Virus record (IMG/VR): IMGVR_UViG_3300045988_139610
DNA from: a virus
DNA length: 64,000 nucleotides
Direction: 5' to 3' (one strand)
The translations under genes were made by a program, and so were the position numbers. The notes beneath the pieces were generated by a model, which did not search any database, was not told where the DNA came from, and saw only the letters and a list, made by a program, of their open reading frames with translations. Shown piece by piece: positions 35,511-45,360 of this stretch (positions are counted from its first letter, which is position 1; the number at the start of each line of letters is the position of its first letter).

Positions 35511-37395
35511 CTATATTACAAACACATTATTTTTCTTATCTATTATAGTAACCTTTTTACTCATATCAGAGAATAAAAATGATTCTTCAGCTTTAAATTT
35601 TAATTGTTCTTTAGCTTCATTACTACCATGATGAATTAAAATTTTTTGGCAATTCAATCCTTTCATATAATTAATTAATTCATCTTGTTGAATATGTCCA
35701 CTGAAGGTTTTACAAATAACTATTTCACATCTTATATTCACTCTTTTGTTTTCAATAGTAACACTTTTAGCTCCTTGTTGTATTTTTCCTGCTAACGTTG
35801 CAGGTGAAGAATACCCAACAAATATGATGCAATCTTTGCTTTTACCTGCTATTTCTTTTAAATATTCAACGGAATGCCCACCACAAAACATTCCCGATGA
35901 AGATATAATCACACATGGTTCTTTTTGTTTGGCTAAAACTTGAGTTTTTTTATAATTGTCAACAAATATAAAGTTTTCCCAACTTAATACTCTTTTCCAA
36001 CGTTCAAGTAAATCTCCTTCTAATATATTCTCATACACTTTATTTATTTCATTAGTTAATCTACTATCCACTATAACTTTTACATTTTTAAATTCTTTCT
36101 CATCTTTAAACATATGATATAATAAATCCATTATAGACTGACTTCTATCGTAACTGAAACAAGGAATCAGTACTCTATTCCCATTATAGACAACTTCTCT
36201 TATTTTAGCCAATAAATTAAAGATTTCTTGTTTATGCTCTTTCTTTGTAAATCCATCACTTCTATCTCCATAAGTAGATTCTAAAATTGCTATATTACAT
36301 TTAGATACTTGCTTTCTATCAAAAGAATACGGTTTGGATAATTGATTATTATTACTACCTAAATCACTCGAATATAATAATTTAACCACTCTTCCACTAG
36401 GTTTTTTAATGTAAAGTATTATACTTGTACTTCCACAACAATGGTTATTATCTATAAATTGTACGGATAAATTACTATCTATTTTGTGAGTTTTATTTCT
36501 CTCTACAACTTTTATACGGTCTATAGCTTTATATGTGTCTGATTCATCGTATAACAATTCATACTTTTTACCTTTATTATTCATACTTATTACATTTCTT
36601 TGATGAATAAAAGCAGAATCTAATAACATAGGTTTCATTATTTCTGAATTTTCATAAGTTGTTATTATATCACCTTGAAAACCTCTACTTATTCCAGCTG
36701 GTATATTTGCTATATGGTCAGGCATGGCAGTGTGCAACAAGCACACAACTTGCAAGGTTAAATGGTATATTGTCAATCATTTTTTTATTACTATTATAAT
36801 CTTCTACCATGTTATTAGTTTGAATTCCTCCAGATTCAAGTAATATTAAATTCCTATTACCATTGTCTAAAGGATATTCCACAGCTATACAACTACCAGT
36901 GACATCCTCTGTAGACCCACCAACACTCGTTATAATTATTTTATTTTTAAACTTTTTATTGTTAGCAAAATGATGCTTAAATTTTTTCTTTTCTATTATA
37001 TTTAAATTTTCTTTTCTATTATCTAATATATCACCATTCAGATATTCTATTTTATTATCTGAATTGGTTAAAAGGTTAGGTAAATCATAAGTATAATGCT
37101 CATCTTGTCCCACTATGTATTTACCACATCTTTTCCATATTTTATCTTTGACTAAATCTATGTCTTCAATATCTATTAAAATTGTTTCTCCTGTTTCTTC
37201 TGTGGTTAAATCGTCATACAGTACTATTTCAGCATAATTTTCATGTTTTATTATTTCATTAGCTTCATTTGAATCATGCTGATTATTTGATATACATATT
37301 CCAAATTCTCTATATTCATTCAAATGTTTATTACATAACATTTCTTTATTTTTATGTAATAGTTTTTTGCCACAAATTTTGCAGTGTCTATCCAT
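35511..37395 (-). CDS. Zn-ribbon + HNH_3-like N-terminal module fused to an MBL-fold beta-CASP nuclease; reading frame broken (+1) inside HxHxDH
   Basis: Track ORFs 36718..37395 and 35511..36776 join as ..VLVAHCHA|DHIANIPAG.. if the T of GCC-T-GAC (TGA at 36718-36720) is skipped. MBL start KIIITSVGGSTEDVTGSC. HNH_3-like IEYLNGDILDNRKENL. Confidence 0.75.
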
Positions 37396-37467
37396 ATCTT
37401 ATCTCTCCTTTATAGTTTTGTATGCTATTAATAAATCTTTTTGACACTTTATCTTTATAGTACACAA

Positions 37468-37599
37468 CTACTTCTTTGATATTTTTTCTTTTTCAGTTGT
37501 AAACATTCCTTTAGTTCTTAATTCATTATAACAACTTTCACAATAGCTAACTTCTCCATTTTTTAATTTCTTTCCACAATGAATACAATGTTTGCTCAT
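37468..37599 (-). CDS. 43-aa zinc-ribbon protein
   Basis: MSKHCIHCGKKLKNGEVSYCESCYNEL.. resembles the N-terminus of the downstream nuclease (MDRHCKICGKKL). Confidence 0.45.
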   Translation of the reverse strand: MSKHCIHCGKKLKNGEVSYCESCYNELRTKGMFTTEKEKISKK

Positions 37600-37664
37600 A
37601 TCTTTATTCTCCTTTCTAGGGAGGAATCCCTCCCTCTTCGTATTATAAAATTTATTAATTATTT

Positions 37665-38825
37665 TTAGTCATCCAAAGGTTCTTTTAAATATTCACAATC
37701 AAAGACGTCATCAGTGAATGCACATTTATGAAAGTCTGTACATTCATTAAAGTCTGGACAGAAATGGCAACAAATATTAGTTCCACGATGTAACCCACAT
37801 TCAGTTGGTTCCTCACATTCTTTTATATCTTCTTGTTTATTTTCTTTACAAGTGCAATCTTCACAAGGTACTTCACATTTACATTCATTATCTAATTCAT
37901 CTAATTTATTCTCCATATATTCACATATATCTGCTTTTTCTGCATATTCACATAATTTATCACATTTATCAAAGTTCTCACACGTATAACAACATCTATT
38001 TTCAAACTCGTCACATTTAACCTCTTCATTACATTTAAAGTCTTCACCTAATACTTCTTTGACAGCTTCTCCTAATGTCATATCTGGTTCTGTATTACCT
38101 TCTATTTCTTTTATTTTATCTTGTATTTCTTTTTCTGAAGGTTTATCTTCGTCTGGTATGATATTTACATAGGATTTCATCTCTTCGATAAAAGCGTTCC
38201 ATTCTGATTCTGTCATTTCTTCTTTTTCCATATCTTCTAATGCTTTTGCTAATCGCTCTTCTTCGCTAGGTTCTTCCTTTATTATTTTATATTCTAAAGC
38301 TTTATCAAAATCTATCCAAAAATCACGTCCTTTATATTTATCCAAAATTTCTTGAGTTAGACCAGTATCTCGAGTAACTATATCATCTAATATTTTTTGT
38401 ATTTTATTCATTCTTTTTGTTTCACTTTCTAAGTCGCTTAATTTATCCATCCTCATCATTGAAAGTTCATGATACATTAAACTACCAAATTTACTCATTG
38501 TTCTATAATCACAAGCACAAAACAAATACATACCTGCTGAAAATGCATGACTACTTACTCTTCCTTTAAATATTATACCTTGTTCCTCCTTCATTCTTTC
38601 CATTAGGTCATATATCTCTAAATATTTATATAAACTACCGCCGTTACTATTAATTCTAAATTCCACTTCATCACAATATAAAGGTAAATAATCAGATTGA
38701 TATTTTAATCTTTCATTTGTTTCAATTATAGCTTTATTTTTATCATATATATCTAATAGTTCATTAACTACATAATTTCCTAATTCATCATCAAGTTCCC
38801 CAGTAAAGTTTATTATTCTTTCCAT
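37665..38825 (-). CDS. ClpP-like serine protease with Cys-rich C-terminal extension
   Basis: ClpP-like INSNGGSLY, SHAFSAGMYLF and MYHELS. The last ~130 aa contain two 7-Cys repeats (CC-x2-C-x-[ND]F-x2-C...). Confidence 0.7.
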   Translation of the reverse strand: MERIINFTGELDDELGNYVVNELLDIYDKNKAIIETNERLKYQSDYLPLYCDEVEFRINSNGGSLYKYLEIYDLMERMKEEQGIIFKGRVSSHAFSAGMYLFCACDYRTMSKFGSLMYHELSMMRMDKLSDLESETKRMNKIQKILDDIVTRDTGLTQEILDKYKGRDFWIDFDKALEYKIIKEEPSEEERLAKALEDMEKEEMTESEWNAFIEEMKSYVNIIPDEDKPSEKEIQDKIKEIEGNTEPDMTLGEAVKEVLGEDFKCNEEVKCDEFENRCCYTCENFDKCDKLCEYAEKADICEYMENKLDELDNECKCEVPCEDCTCKENKQEDIKECEEPTECGLHRGTNICCHFCPDFNECTDFHKCAFTDDVFDCEYLKEPLDD

Positions 38826-38862
38826 AATATCTATCCTCCTAAATTTTATTAATTATTTTTAA

Positions 38863-39690
38863 TTACATATTTATTGTTAAATCATTTTCTTCATATAAAC
38901 CGTATTTAATTGCTAAATCTTTTATTACAATTAATATTGCCTCAATTAATAACTTGTCTTCGTTTATTATGTCTAATTTATTTATTTTATCTGCTTTTGT
39001 TTTACTTACACCATTTTTAATAGCATTATTTTTTCTATTTTTTAATCTAGTATTTAAATTAACTCCAAATCTGTTATCTATTTCTTTATATATTTCATCA
39101 TATACAACCTTATGATTTATACCAGTTTTATATGTTATCTTATTTACCATATTTTTCACATCTGCTCTCCAATTATCTTTCGATAATGATATTAAGTCTT
39201 GTATATTATCTAATGAATTTTGAAGTCCTTTTATATCTTTTTCCATTTGTTTCTGTTTTAATTCTTGTTCAACCATACTATCAAATAATATTTTGAATGA
39301 CTGAAGATTAGGTGATAATTCTGTTGTGTCTATTGCTTGCATTTGTGCTAATTCCATTTCGTTGAAACGTTTAACATATTTTGCTGTAAATATTATACCT
39401 TTTTCACCTGTCATTTTGTTTGCTAACATTTCACAACCCATTTTAGTACATTCATAAAACGGTTTTTTTCTATTCATACTATCTTTGTAACTTGATTTTA
39501 TAAAGTAATCAGATAGGTGTAATTCTGCACTTATCTCTATAGTCGGTTTTATACCAACTATCCCACGTTTTTCATTTCCTTCTATCATCCACATTATTTC
39601 CTTATGTTCTTTTCCCATCATCTTAGCTACTTCATAACTAGGAATTGTTTCAACTTTCTTTCCTTTATTTATATCAATTATATTACTCAT
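38863..39690 (-). CDS. Rha-family phage regulatory protein
   Basis: SYEVAKMMGKEHKEIMWMI and FYECTKMGCEMLANKMTGEKGIIFTAKYVKRFNEME match the recalled Rha pattern. ATG at 39688-39690 follows GGGAGAG. Confidence 0.7.
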   Translation of the reverse strand: MSNIIDINKGKKVETIPSYEVAKMMGKEHKEIMWMIEGNEKRGIVGIKPTIEISAELHLSDYFIKSSYKDSMNRKKPFYECTKMGCEMLANKMTGEKGIIFTAKYVKRFNEMELAQMQAIDTTELSPNLQSFKILFDSMVEQELKQKQMEKDIKGLQNSLDNIQDLISLSKDNWRADVKNMVNKITYKTGINHKVVYDEIYKEIDNRFGVNLNTRLKNRKNNAIKNGVSKTKADKINKLDIINEDKLLIEAILIVIKDLAIKYGLYEENDLTINM

Positions 39691-39775
39691 ATTTCTCACT
39701 CTCCCTTATTAATTATTTTTAATCCTTTACTATTTTTGTCGAGGTATTTCAATAAATTTACATTTTAATCACCTT

Positions 39776-39817
39776 CTTATTATAGTATTATCAAAACTGT
39801 TATTGAAATTACCTATA
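39776..39817 (-). promoter_or_regulatory. class-B phage promoter/leader with ATG-TAA start-stop unit
   Basis: Sense TATAGGTAATTTCAATAACAGTTTTGATAATACTATAATAAGAAGGTGATTAAAATGTAA (ATG 39761-39763). Confidence 0.55.
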
Positions 39818-39860
39818 ATTTAAAATTTATATTTCATATTATCTCCTCCTTATAGTAATA

Positions 39861-39888
39861 ATTATATCATACCTATATTATTTGTCAA
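39861..39888 (-). promoter_or_regulatory. class-A sigma-A-type promoter, tandem with a class-B promoter
   Basis: Sense TTGACA-N16-TATAAT. Confidence 0.65.
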
Positions 39889-39901
39889 TACATTTTATTA
39901 A

Positions 39902-40441
39902 TTATTTTTGCATTAAATCTAAAATAGTACATATATCAATATCGTTATTATTTTTTCGTAATTTATCACAATCTGGCTTATAGCAACAATTGTTACAACT
40001 GTCTATTACAAAATCTTGATACAATATGTTCAATATTCTATCTGCTTTATTAGCACACTGTGCTTTCATTCTTTTCATCATATTTTCTTCATTAATGCTA
40101 ATACTAATTTCATTCCAGCTAATTACATGACTTATTTGACAATAATTATTAAAATCTGTTCCCTTCCAATAAGGCTGTACTGAATGTTCTGTACCATCTA
40201 TAAGTTCTAATTCAATTTTCACTATATCATCAGACATAGACAATCTATTAAAAGGACTCAAGTCATTTGTAAATGAATGATATTCAATATTGTCCATCTT
40301 CTCAATAACACATTCAAAATTATAATATTCATTATCTACTTTTGATATATTCAATTTTGTAAAATTTTCAATCGGTATTTCAACATACTCACAATTTTCA
40401 CAAACGAATGTTACCGATTTTATTTCTTTTATATTATTCAT
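39902..40441 (-). CDS. hypothetical protein with C-terminal Cys cluster
   Basis: ORF in the array. The C-terminus CNNCCYKPDCDKL..DIC resembles the ClpP-tail repeat. Confidence 0.5.
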   Translation of the reverse strand: MNNIKEIKSVTFVCENCEYVEIPIENFTKLNISKVDNEYYNFECVIEKMDNIEYHSFTNDLSPFNRLSMSDDIVKIELELIDGTEHSVQPYWKGTDFNNYCQISHVISWNEISISINEENMMKRMKAQCANKADRILNILYQDFVIDSCNNCCYKPDCDKLRKNNNDIDICTILDLMQK

Positions 40442-40453
40442 AAAAACCCCTCC

Positions 40454-41713
40454 TTAATTATAACTAACTTCTTTACCTGATTCTCTAATACATTTAAAAA
40501 CTGGAAACCTTAAAGATAATCCTCCTTTATCGTTATAGGTTTCTTCAAAGTATTGTATTTCAGCTATACGATTTAAATATTCTTCTTGATTATTCCAAAT
40601 TTGTTCTCTTTGTTTATCATCAAATCCACTACCTACACCAAGCTGATAACCTTTATAATCACATATGAGATTACCTAATGTACCTTTATATTTACCGTCA
40701 CCCTCTTCAAAACCTATGATTTTTAAATCACAAGAGTTCATTACTTTTAATTTTAATAATGTTTTACTTCTTTTAAATTCATATGATTTGTCAAGATTAA
40801 TCATACATCCTTCAGCACCATTTTGTCTACATTTATTTAAAATTTCTAAAACTTTATCGTTGTCATTACCATGATATAAAATTGGAGTTACTTTTAAAAA
40901 TTCAGTTTCTTTAATGTTCTCTAATACACTTCTTCTGATTGAATAAATATCAGTCTTTTTCTTATTTTCAAATTCGTCTAATGTAATAATATCAAACACC
41001 ATATACTTAACACCTGTTTTAACTTCACTTTTAGTAGATATTATTTTCATAGTGTCTTTATATACACTCTCATAATCACTATTTATTGCTAATAATTCAC
41101 CGTCTAAACAAACATTATTTAAACCTGTTTGTTTTATTGATTTTAATACTTCAATCAATCCTGTTATTTCCTTGTTTTGTCTACTCTTCATAGTTATTTT
41201 TCCATTTTTAATAATTGTAAAGCATCTTTGACCATCAAATTTCTCTGTTACAAATTTATCACCTTTAGGTAATTTATTTAAATCAGCTTTACTGCCAAGC
41301 ATTATTTCAAATGTAAAAATCAATCCAGGTATAACTTTATTAACCGTCTTAGCATCAGCACCTATTTTTAAACTCTTAGTAAGTAATCCTCTCACAAAAT
41401 CCTGTAAATCTTCATCTAATGAATTTATATATCCTTGCACAACACCTATATTTACATCTGTTCCCGAGTTATGTAGACTTAAATAAATAAACATATCTCT
41501 TATATCATCGCAAGTATTTTCATATACTTTTACTTTTTTATTTATTTTCTTTTTACTTAATCCAGTTGTTATATTACTATCTAATAAAAATTTCAGACAT
41601 TCTAAGAATAATTCATTATCCTTATTTTGTTTAATTATTGTTTCTTTACTTTTTTTACCACTTGTATTTGAAATTTTATCAAATATTTCTTTTACCCTTT
41701 TTAATTCATTCAT
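40454..41713 (-). CDS. ATP-dependent DNA ligase
   Basis: Adenylation motif TEKFDGQRC (KxDG), then DGELL, EGCMINL and LLKLK. Confidence 0.85.
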   Translation of the reverse strand: MNELKRVKEIFDKISNTSGKKSKETIIKQNKDNELFLECLKFLLDSNITTGLSKKKINKKVKVYENTCDDIRDMFIYLSLHNSGTDVNIGVVQGYINSLDEDLQDFVRGLLTKSLKIGADAKTVNKVIPGLIFTFEIMLGSKADLNKLPKGDKFVTEKFDGQRCFTIIKNGKITMKSRQNKEITGLIEVLKSIKQTGLNNVCLDGELLAINSDYESVYKDTMKIISTKSEVKTGVKYMVFDIITLDEFENKKKTDIYSIRRSVLENIKETEFLKVTPILYHGNDNDKVLEILNKCRQNGAEGCMINLDKSYEFKRSKTLLKLKVMNSCDLKIIGFEEGDGKYKGTLGNLICDYKGYQLGVGSGFDDKQREQIWNNQEEYLNRIAEIQYFEETYNDKGGLSLRFPVFKCIRESGKEVSYN

Positions 41714-41727
41714 ATATTAATTCCTCC

Positions 41728-42192
41728 TTAATTATATAAAAAAGAATACTTTACTTTATTGTCACTATATATTCCTATTTTTACAAACTCTCTATAAAAA
41801 TCCTCATCTTTTATATTTTTTATATCCTCTTTCTTATCTAAATCAATAACCCATGAATTATCTCTGTTTCCTCTTTCACATTTCCAATTATTATCTTTCT
41901 CTATATTAATTCCAGTTAGTACAATTTTCTTTTCTTCGTTATTAAGTGAAACATTATAAGTAATATATATTCTATCTCCGTATTTTTTAAATTTTATTTT
42001 TATAATTTTTTCATTTTCTATATTATGATATGCATTTTTTATTAATCTATCAAGGTTATTTGTCAAAACTCTTATACTAGCATATGGGTGTTTAACTGTA
42101 TAAGCTAAGTCTAAAATTAAATCTTCATAAAAATTTCCTTTATAGAATTCTCTATTGATTTTCATATCAAGATATTTATTAATTTTATTCAT
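41728..42192 (-). CDS. hypothetical protein
   Basis: ORF in the array with AAGGAGG upstream. Confidence 0.5.
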   Translation of the reverse strand: MNKINKYLDMKINREFYKGNFYEDLILDLAYTVKHPYASIRVLTNNLDRLIKNAYHNIENEKIIKIKFKKYGDRIYITYNVSLNNEEKKIVLTGINIEKDNNWKCERGNRDNSWVIDLDKKEDIKNIKDEDFYREFVKIGIYSDNKVKYSFLYN

Positions 42193-42204
42193 ATTTATAC
42201 CTCC

Positions 42205-42279
42205 TTATTTATCACTTAATCTTACATCCAATATAGTTAATATAATAATCACTGCTAACAATATTAATAACCCATTCAT
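42205..42279 (-). CDS. 24-aa hydrophobic micro-peptide
   Basis: AAGGGGTGATAAT precedes the ATG. MNGLLILLAVIIILTILDVRLSDK. Confidence 0.35.
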   Translation of the reverse strand: MNGLLILLAVIIILTILDVRLSDK

Positions 42280-42356
42280 ATTATCACCCCTTATTAATCA
42301 TTCATCTATTCTATCTAAAAGTTTTTTCCATTTTTATATTCTTCCCTTTATTAATA

Positions 42357-42384
42357 ATTATATTATAAATATGTTATTTGTCAA
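42357..42384 (-). promoter_or_regulatory. class-A sigma-A-type promoter
   Basis: Sense TTGACA-N16-TATAAT, preceded by the 17-mer. Confidence 0.65.
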
Positions 42385-42619
42385 TACTTTTATTAATTAT
42401 TTTTATTTTATCTACTAAACAACTCAATTCATCCCAATTATGTAAATAAAACACATAATCATTTACATATACTTCAATTATTCCTTTTGAGAAAAAACTT
42501 CTCTCTCTAAAAATTATTCTTACTCTTAGTTGTTCATTTGCGAATATAGATATAAAATAGTTATCTTCAACTAATTTTAAATTTAGTTCTTTTTTCAGAT
42601 ATTCTATTTCTTTAATCAT
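42374..42619 (-). CDS. hypothetical protein
   Basis: ORF in the array. Reads through the 17-mer in the K-I-I-N-K frame. Confidence 0.45.
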   Translation of the reverse strand: MIKEIEYLKKELNLKLVEDNYFISIFANEQLRVRIIFRERSFFSKGIIEVYVNDYVFYLHNWDELSCLVDKIKIINKSIDK

Positions 42620-42622
42620 AAT

Positions 42623-43093
42623 TTAACACCACACCCTATGTTTCTCATGTATTTCTTCTAGCCCATCATAATCACTTATCTCCCATTCAACATCTTCTGG
42701 TATTTCTACTATTTTTAATGAGGCACAACGACCACTAGCTTTTTTACTTCCCATTTCTTCAAACAATTTTATTAAGTCTTTGTCATCTCTATCATATAAT
42801 TCATCACTTAGAAATGTACAATTCATTAACTCCTCGGGATTTTTACCTTGATATTCATATGTAACATAAATCATGTTCCAACTAGGGTTTTGATTCTCTA
42901 CAATTAAATCTCCATTTTCTTTAAATTTAAAATCTTGTATAAATTTAAAGGTATCATTGCAATCTTCGTCATACCCTCCACTATAGAAATATAATTTGTC
43001 GCATTCTCTATTTTTTATTTTACATAATTTTATTTTAAATTTATCTGATAGAGTATATCCTCCGAAACATCTATTTATTAATATTTTTCTCAT
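42623..43093 (-). CDS. hypothetical protein
   Basis: ORF in the array. No motif. Confidence 0.5.
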   Translation of the reverse strand: MRKILINRCFGGYTLSDKFKIKLCKIKNRECDKLYFYSGGYDEDCNDTFKFIQDFKFKENGDLIVENQNPSWNMIYVTYEYQGKNPEELMNCTFLSDELYDRDDKDLIKLFEEMGSKKASGRCASLKIVEIPEDVEWEISDYDGLEEIHEKHRVWC

Positions 43094-43193
43094 AATTATT
43101 CCTCCTTATAAATTAATTTTTTTATTTTTATAATAATTTACTTTTATTTTATTATTAGCATTTATATCAATAATTAAAACAAAATCACTTAGC

Positions 43194-43646
43194 TTAATCA
43201 TAATTTAACACTGAATCCTCCTTTGGTAATTCGCAATAATTCCATTTTTCAATGTCATTTTTCCCATTTTTAGACCATGATGTTCTACCAGTAAAATATG
43301 TATAAAAATTTCCATTTTCATATTTAAAAAAATGTCTCTTATACCATATTAATTGATTATCACTTACCCAAACTTTTGTATCTACGAGTACTTTGTCCCA
43401 ATCTGTTTCAATTCTTTCATATATGATTTTGCCATCAGCATCAATAACTTTCATTATATCTAATCCATAGTTAACAGCTTTATATCTCATATTTGATAAA
43501 TATAAATCTTTCATTCCTTCTAAGCTATAATCAAATTTTAACTGTCTCGCACTTTCTTTATGATATACTCCATTATCAATTATATATTTTTTCTCATTAT
43601 TTTTAAGTACTAAACACATACCATTTTTTAAATCATTTATATTCAT
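43194..43646 (-). CDS. hypothetical protein
   Basis: AAAGGAGGAATATAAT precedes the ATG at 43644-43646 (MNINDLKNG..). Confidence 0.5.
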   Translation of the reverse strand: MNINDLKNGMCLVLKNNEKKYIIDNGVYHKESARQLKFDYSLEGMKDLYLSNMRYKAVNYGLDIMKVIDADGKIIYERIETDWDKVLVDTKVWVSDNQLIWYKRHFFKYENGNFYTYFTGRTSWSKNGKNDIEKWNYCELPKEDSVLNYD

Positions 43647-43711
43647 ATTATATTCCTCCTTTATTAATTTATACTTATATATTAACATAAACTAATTAAA
43701 AATAACCCTTA

Positions 43712-44206
43712 TTAATTATTTTTATCATCTAACAAATTAACTTCTTCAATATCATAATACTCGCAATCAGCACAACATGGAGATTCGCAACTTAATAAGC
43801 TATTCAATTCAGAAAGTTCAGATGGGTCTAAACTTTCTTTTCCATGAAGTTTACATTTATGAATTGTAAATTCAACTGAAGGTGTATTACTTTGTTGTAA
43901 AACACATATTCTTAAAAGAGTATAAACATCTATTATACCTTCATTACCTTCTGTAGTCATAGCTTGTATAATCTTATTTTTGTAATAATACGATATTGAT
44001 ATATTATAATTTCCATCTATTTTAGCTAATAATGTGAAATGTTTAGCATCTCCTATATTCGTATCTATATATTCGTATAAATCTTTAGATGTTAATTTTA
44101 TTGTCACCTCCAATACATTAAGTCCTTTTAATTTTTCAACCTTTTCCTCTACCTCGCTTATTATTAATTCTTCCAATTTATTTGCGAATAACTCATTTTT
44201 GTTCAT
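43712..44206 (-). CDS. hypothetical protein with C-terminal CC-x2-C motif
   Basis: ORF behind a class-A promoter. C-terminus LSCESPCCADCEYYD. Confidence 0.5.
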   Translation of the reverse strand: MNKNELFANKLEELIISEVEEKVEKLKGLNVLEVTIKLTSKDLYEYIDTNIGDAKHFTLLAKIDGNYNISISYYYKNKIIQAMTTEGNEGIIDVYTLLRICVLQQSNTPSVEFTIHKCKLHGKESLDPSELSELNSLLSCESPCCADCEYYDIEEVNLLDDKNN

Positions 44207-44230
44207 ATTATCTACCCCCTTATATTAATA

Positions 44231-44260
44231 ATTATACTATTTTTTTATTTATATTGTCAA
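44231..44260 (-). promoter_or_regulatory. class-A sigma-A-type promoter
   Basis: Sense TTGACA-N18-TATAAT. Confidence 0.6.
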
Positions 44261-44355
44261 TACTTTTTATTAATTATTTTTATTAACTTTTCTTAATTTT
44301 TAACAATTAATTAGTGTGCTGTATGCACCTCCTCTATAGAAATGTATTTAATCCT

Positions 44356-45185
44356 TTAATTTTCTTCTATATCTATGTCAGTTATTGTTTTAAATATGTC
44401 TTTATTGAAGTTAGGTAATGAAGTAAATGCATTTTTTTCTTTATCATTTATATAATTCCACATATTTCTCCATGCCTCTTTATAATTTAATTCTTTTAAA
44501 TAACCTCTAGCAATTTTATAATTGGGATGTTTTTCTTTTTCTTCATCTGTCATTTCATATTCATTAACCCATAGAGTTAATTTAAAATAGTTATTTATTA
44601 TTTCAAATACACAACTTTTTTCCATGTGTCTAATGTCCAATCACTTTCTTTATTAAATAGTTTAATCGTTTCATGTTTATCATTATCGTCAGTGCAAAAG
44701 CATCCTAATTTTTTATTGCCTAAATTACAGTCTCCAATGTTATAATTACCTTTATTATAATTACCACTATTCCAATTTCCAGTATTCCAATCTCCAGTAT
44801 TCCAATCTCCAGGATTATAATCTCCAGTATTATAATTTCCAGTATTATAACTACCTGTGTTTTTAATACCTGTGTTACCTTCACCAGTATTAACCATATC
44901 TAATACTTCATGCCAGCTTAATTCTTTTATTATTTTTATTTCATTTGTTACACATTTATTATTTGAACAATCACTTTTTTCTATAATTTCACCAGTAGCT
45001 TCTATTATAGCTACTTTGTTTTCTGGGTCAAAAGTGTAATAATTAAAACAATCAACTAGCTTTTTACAAAAATGAAATCCTGCTTCACATATATCTATTT
45101 TCCCTTCATGTCTATATGTTTCTCCTACCTTATATTGAAAACCTCTGCAAGTCCAATCTGAATTAAATACTTTATATCCTTTCAT
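44356..45185 (-). CDS. DUF7666-like N-terminus + NTGxW five-residue repeats; frame broken (-1) at an A6 run
   Basis: Track ORFs 44598..45185 and 44356..44640 overlap. ..SDWTLDTWKK|SCVFEIINNY.. is continuous if one A of TGGAAAAAAGT (44616-44621) is re-read. Confidence 0.55.
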
Positions 45186-45285
45186 ATCTTTCTCTCCTTT
45201 TCATTAATAATTTTCTTGCTCTATCCATTCTTTTTCTTCTTTATCCCATACCCTAAACTTTAAGTTTTTCATATTACCACCCTCC

Positions 45286-45328
45286 TTATATTACTATATT
45301 AACATTAGCGTCATAAAAATTACCTATG
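45286..45328 (-). promoter_or_regulatory. class-B phage promoter/leader
   Basis: Sense CATAGGTAATTTTTATGACGCTAATGTTAATATAGTAATATAAGGAGGGTGGTAATATG (22-codon ORF MKNLKFRVWDKEEKEWIEQENY). Confidence 0.6.
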
Positions 45329-45360
45329 ATTATTATTTTATATTATTTTCATCCTCCTTT

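Noticed and set aside
37665-38825. Annotating the ClpP-like ORF as the prohead (capsid maturation) protease.
   Set aside because: No portal, capsid, scaffold or terminase genes are present anywhere in the 64 kb, and the gene sits among regulatory and nuclease genes. The role is left open.
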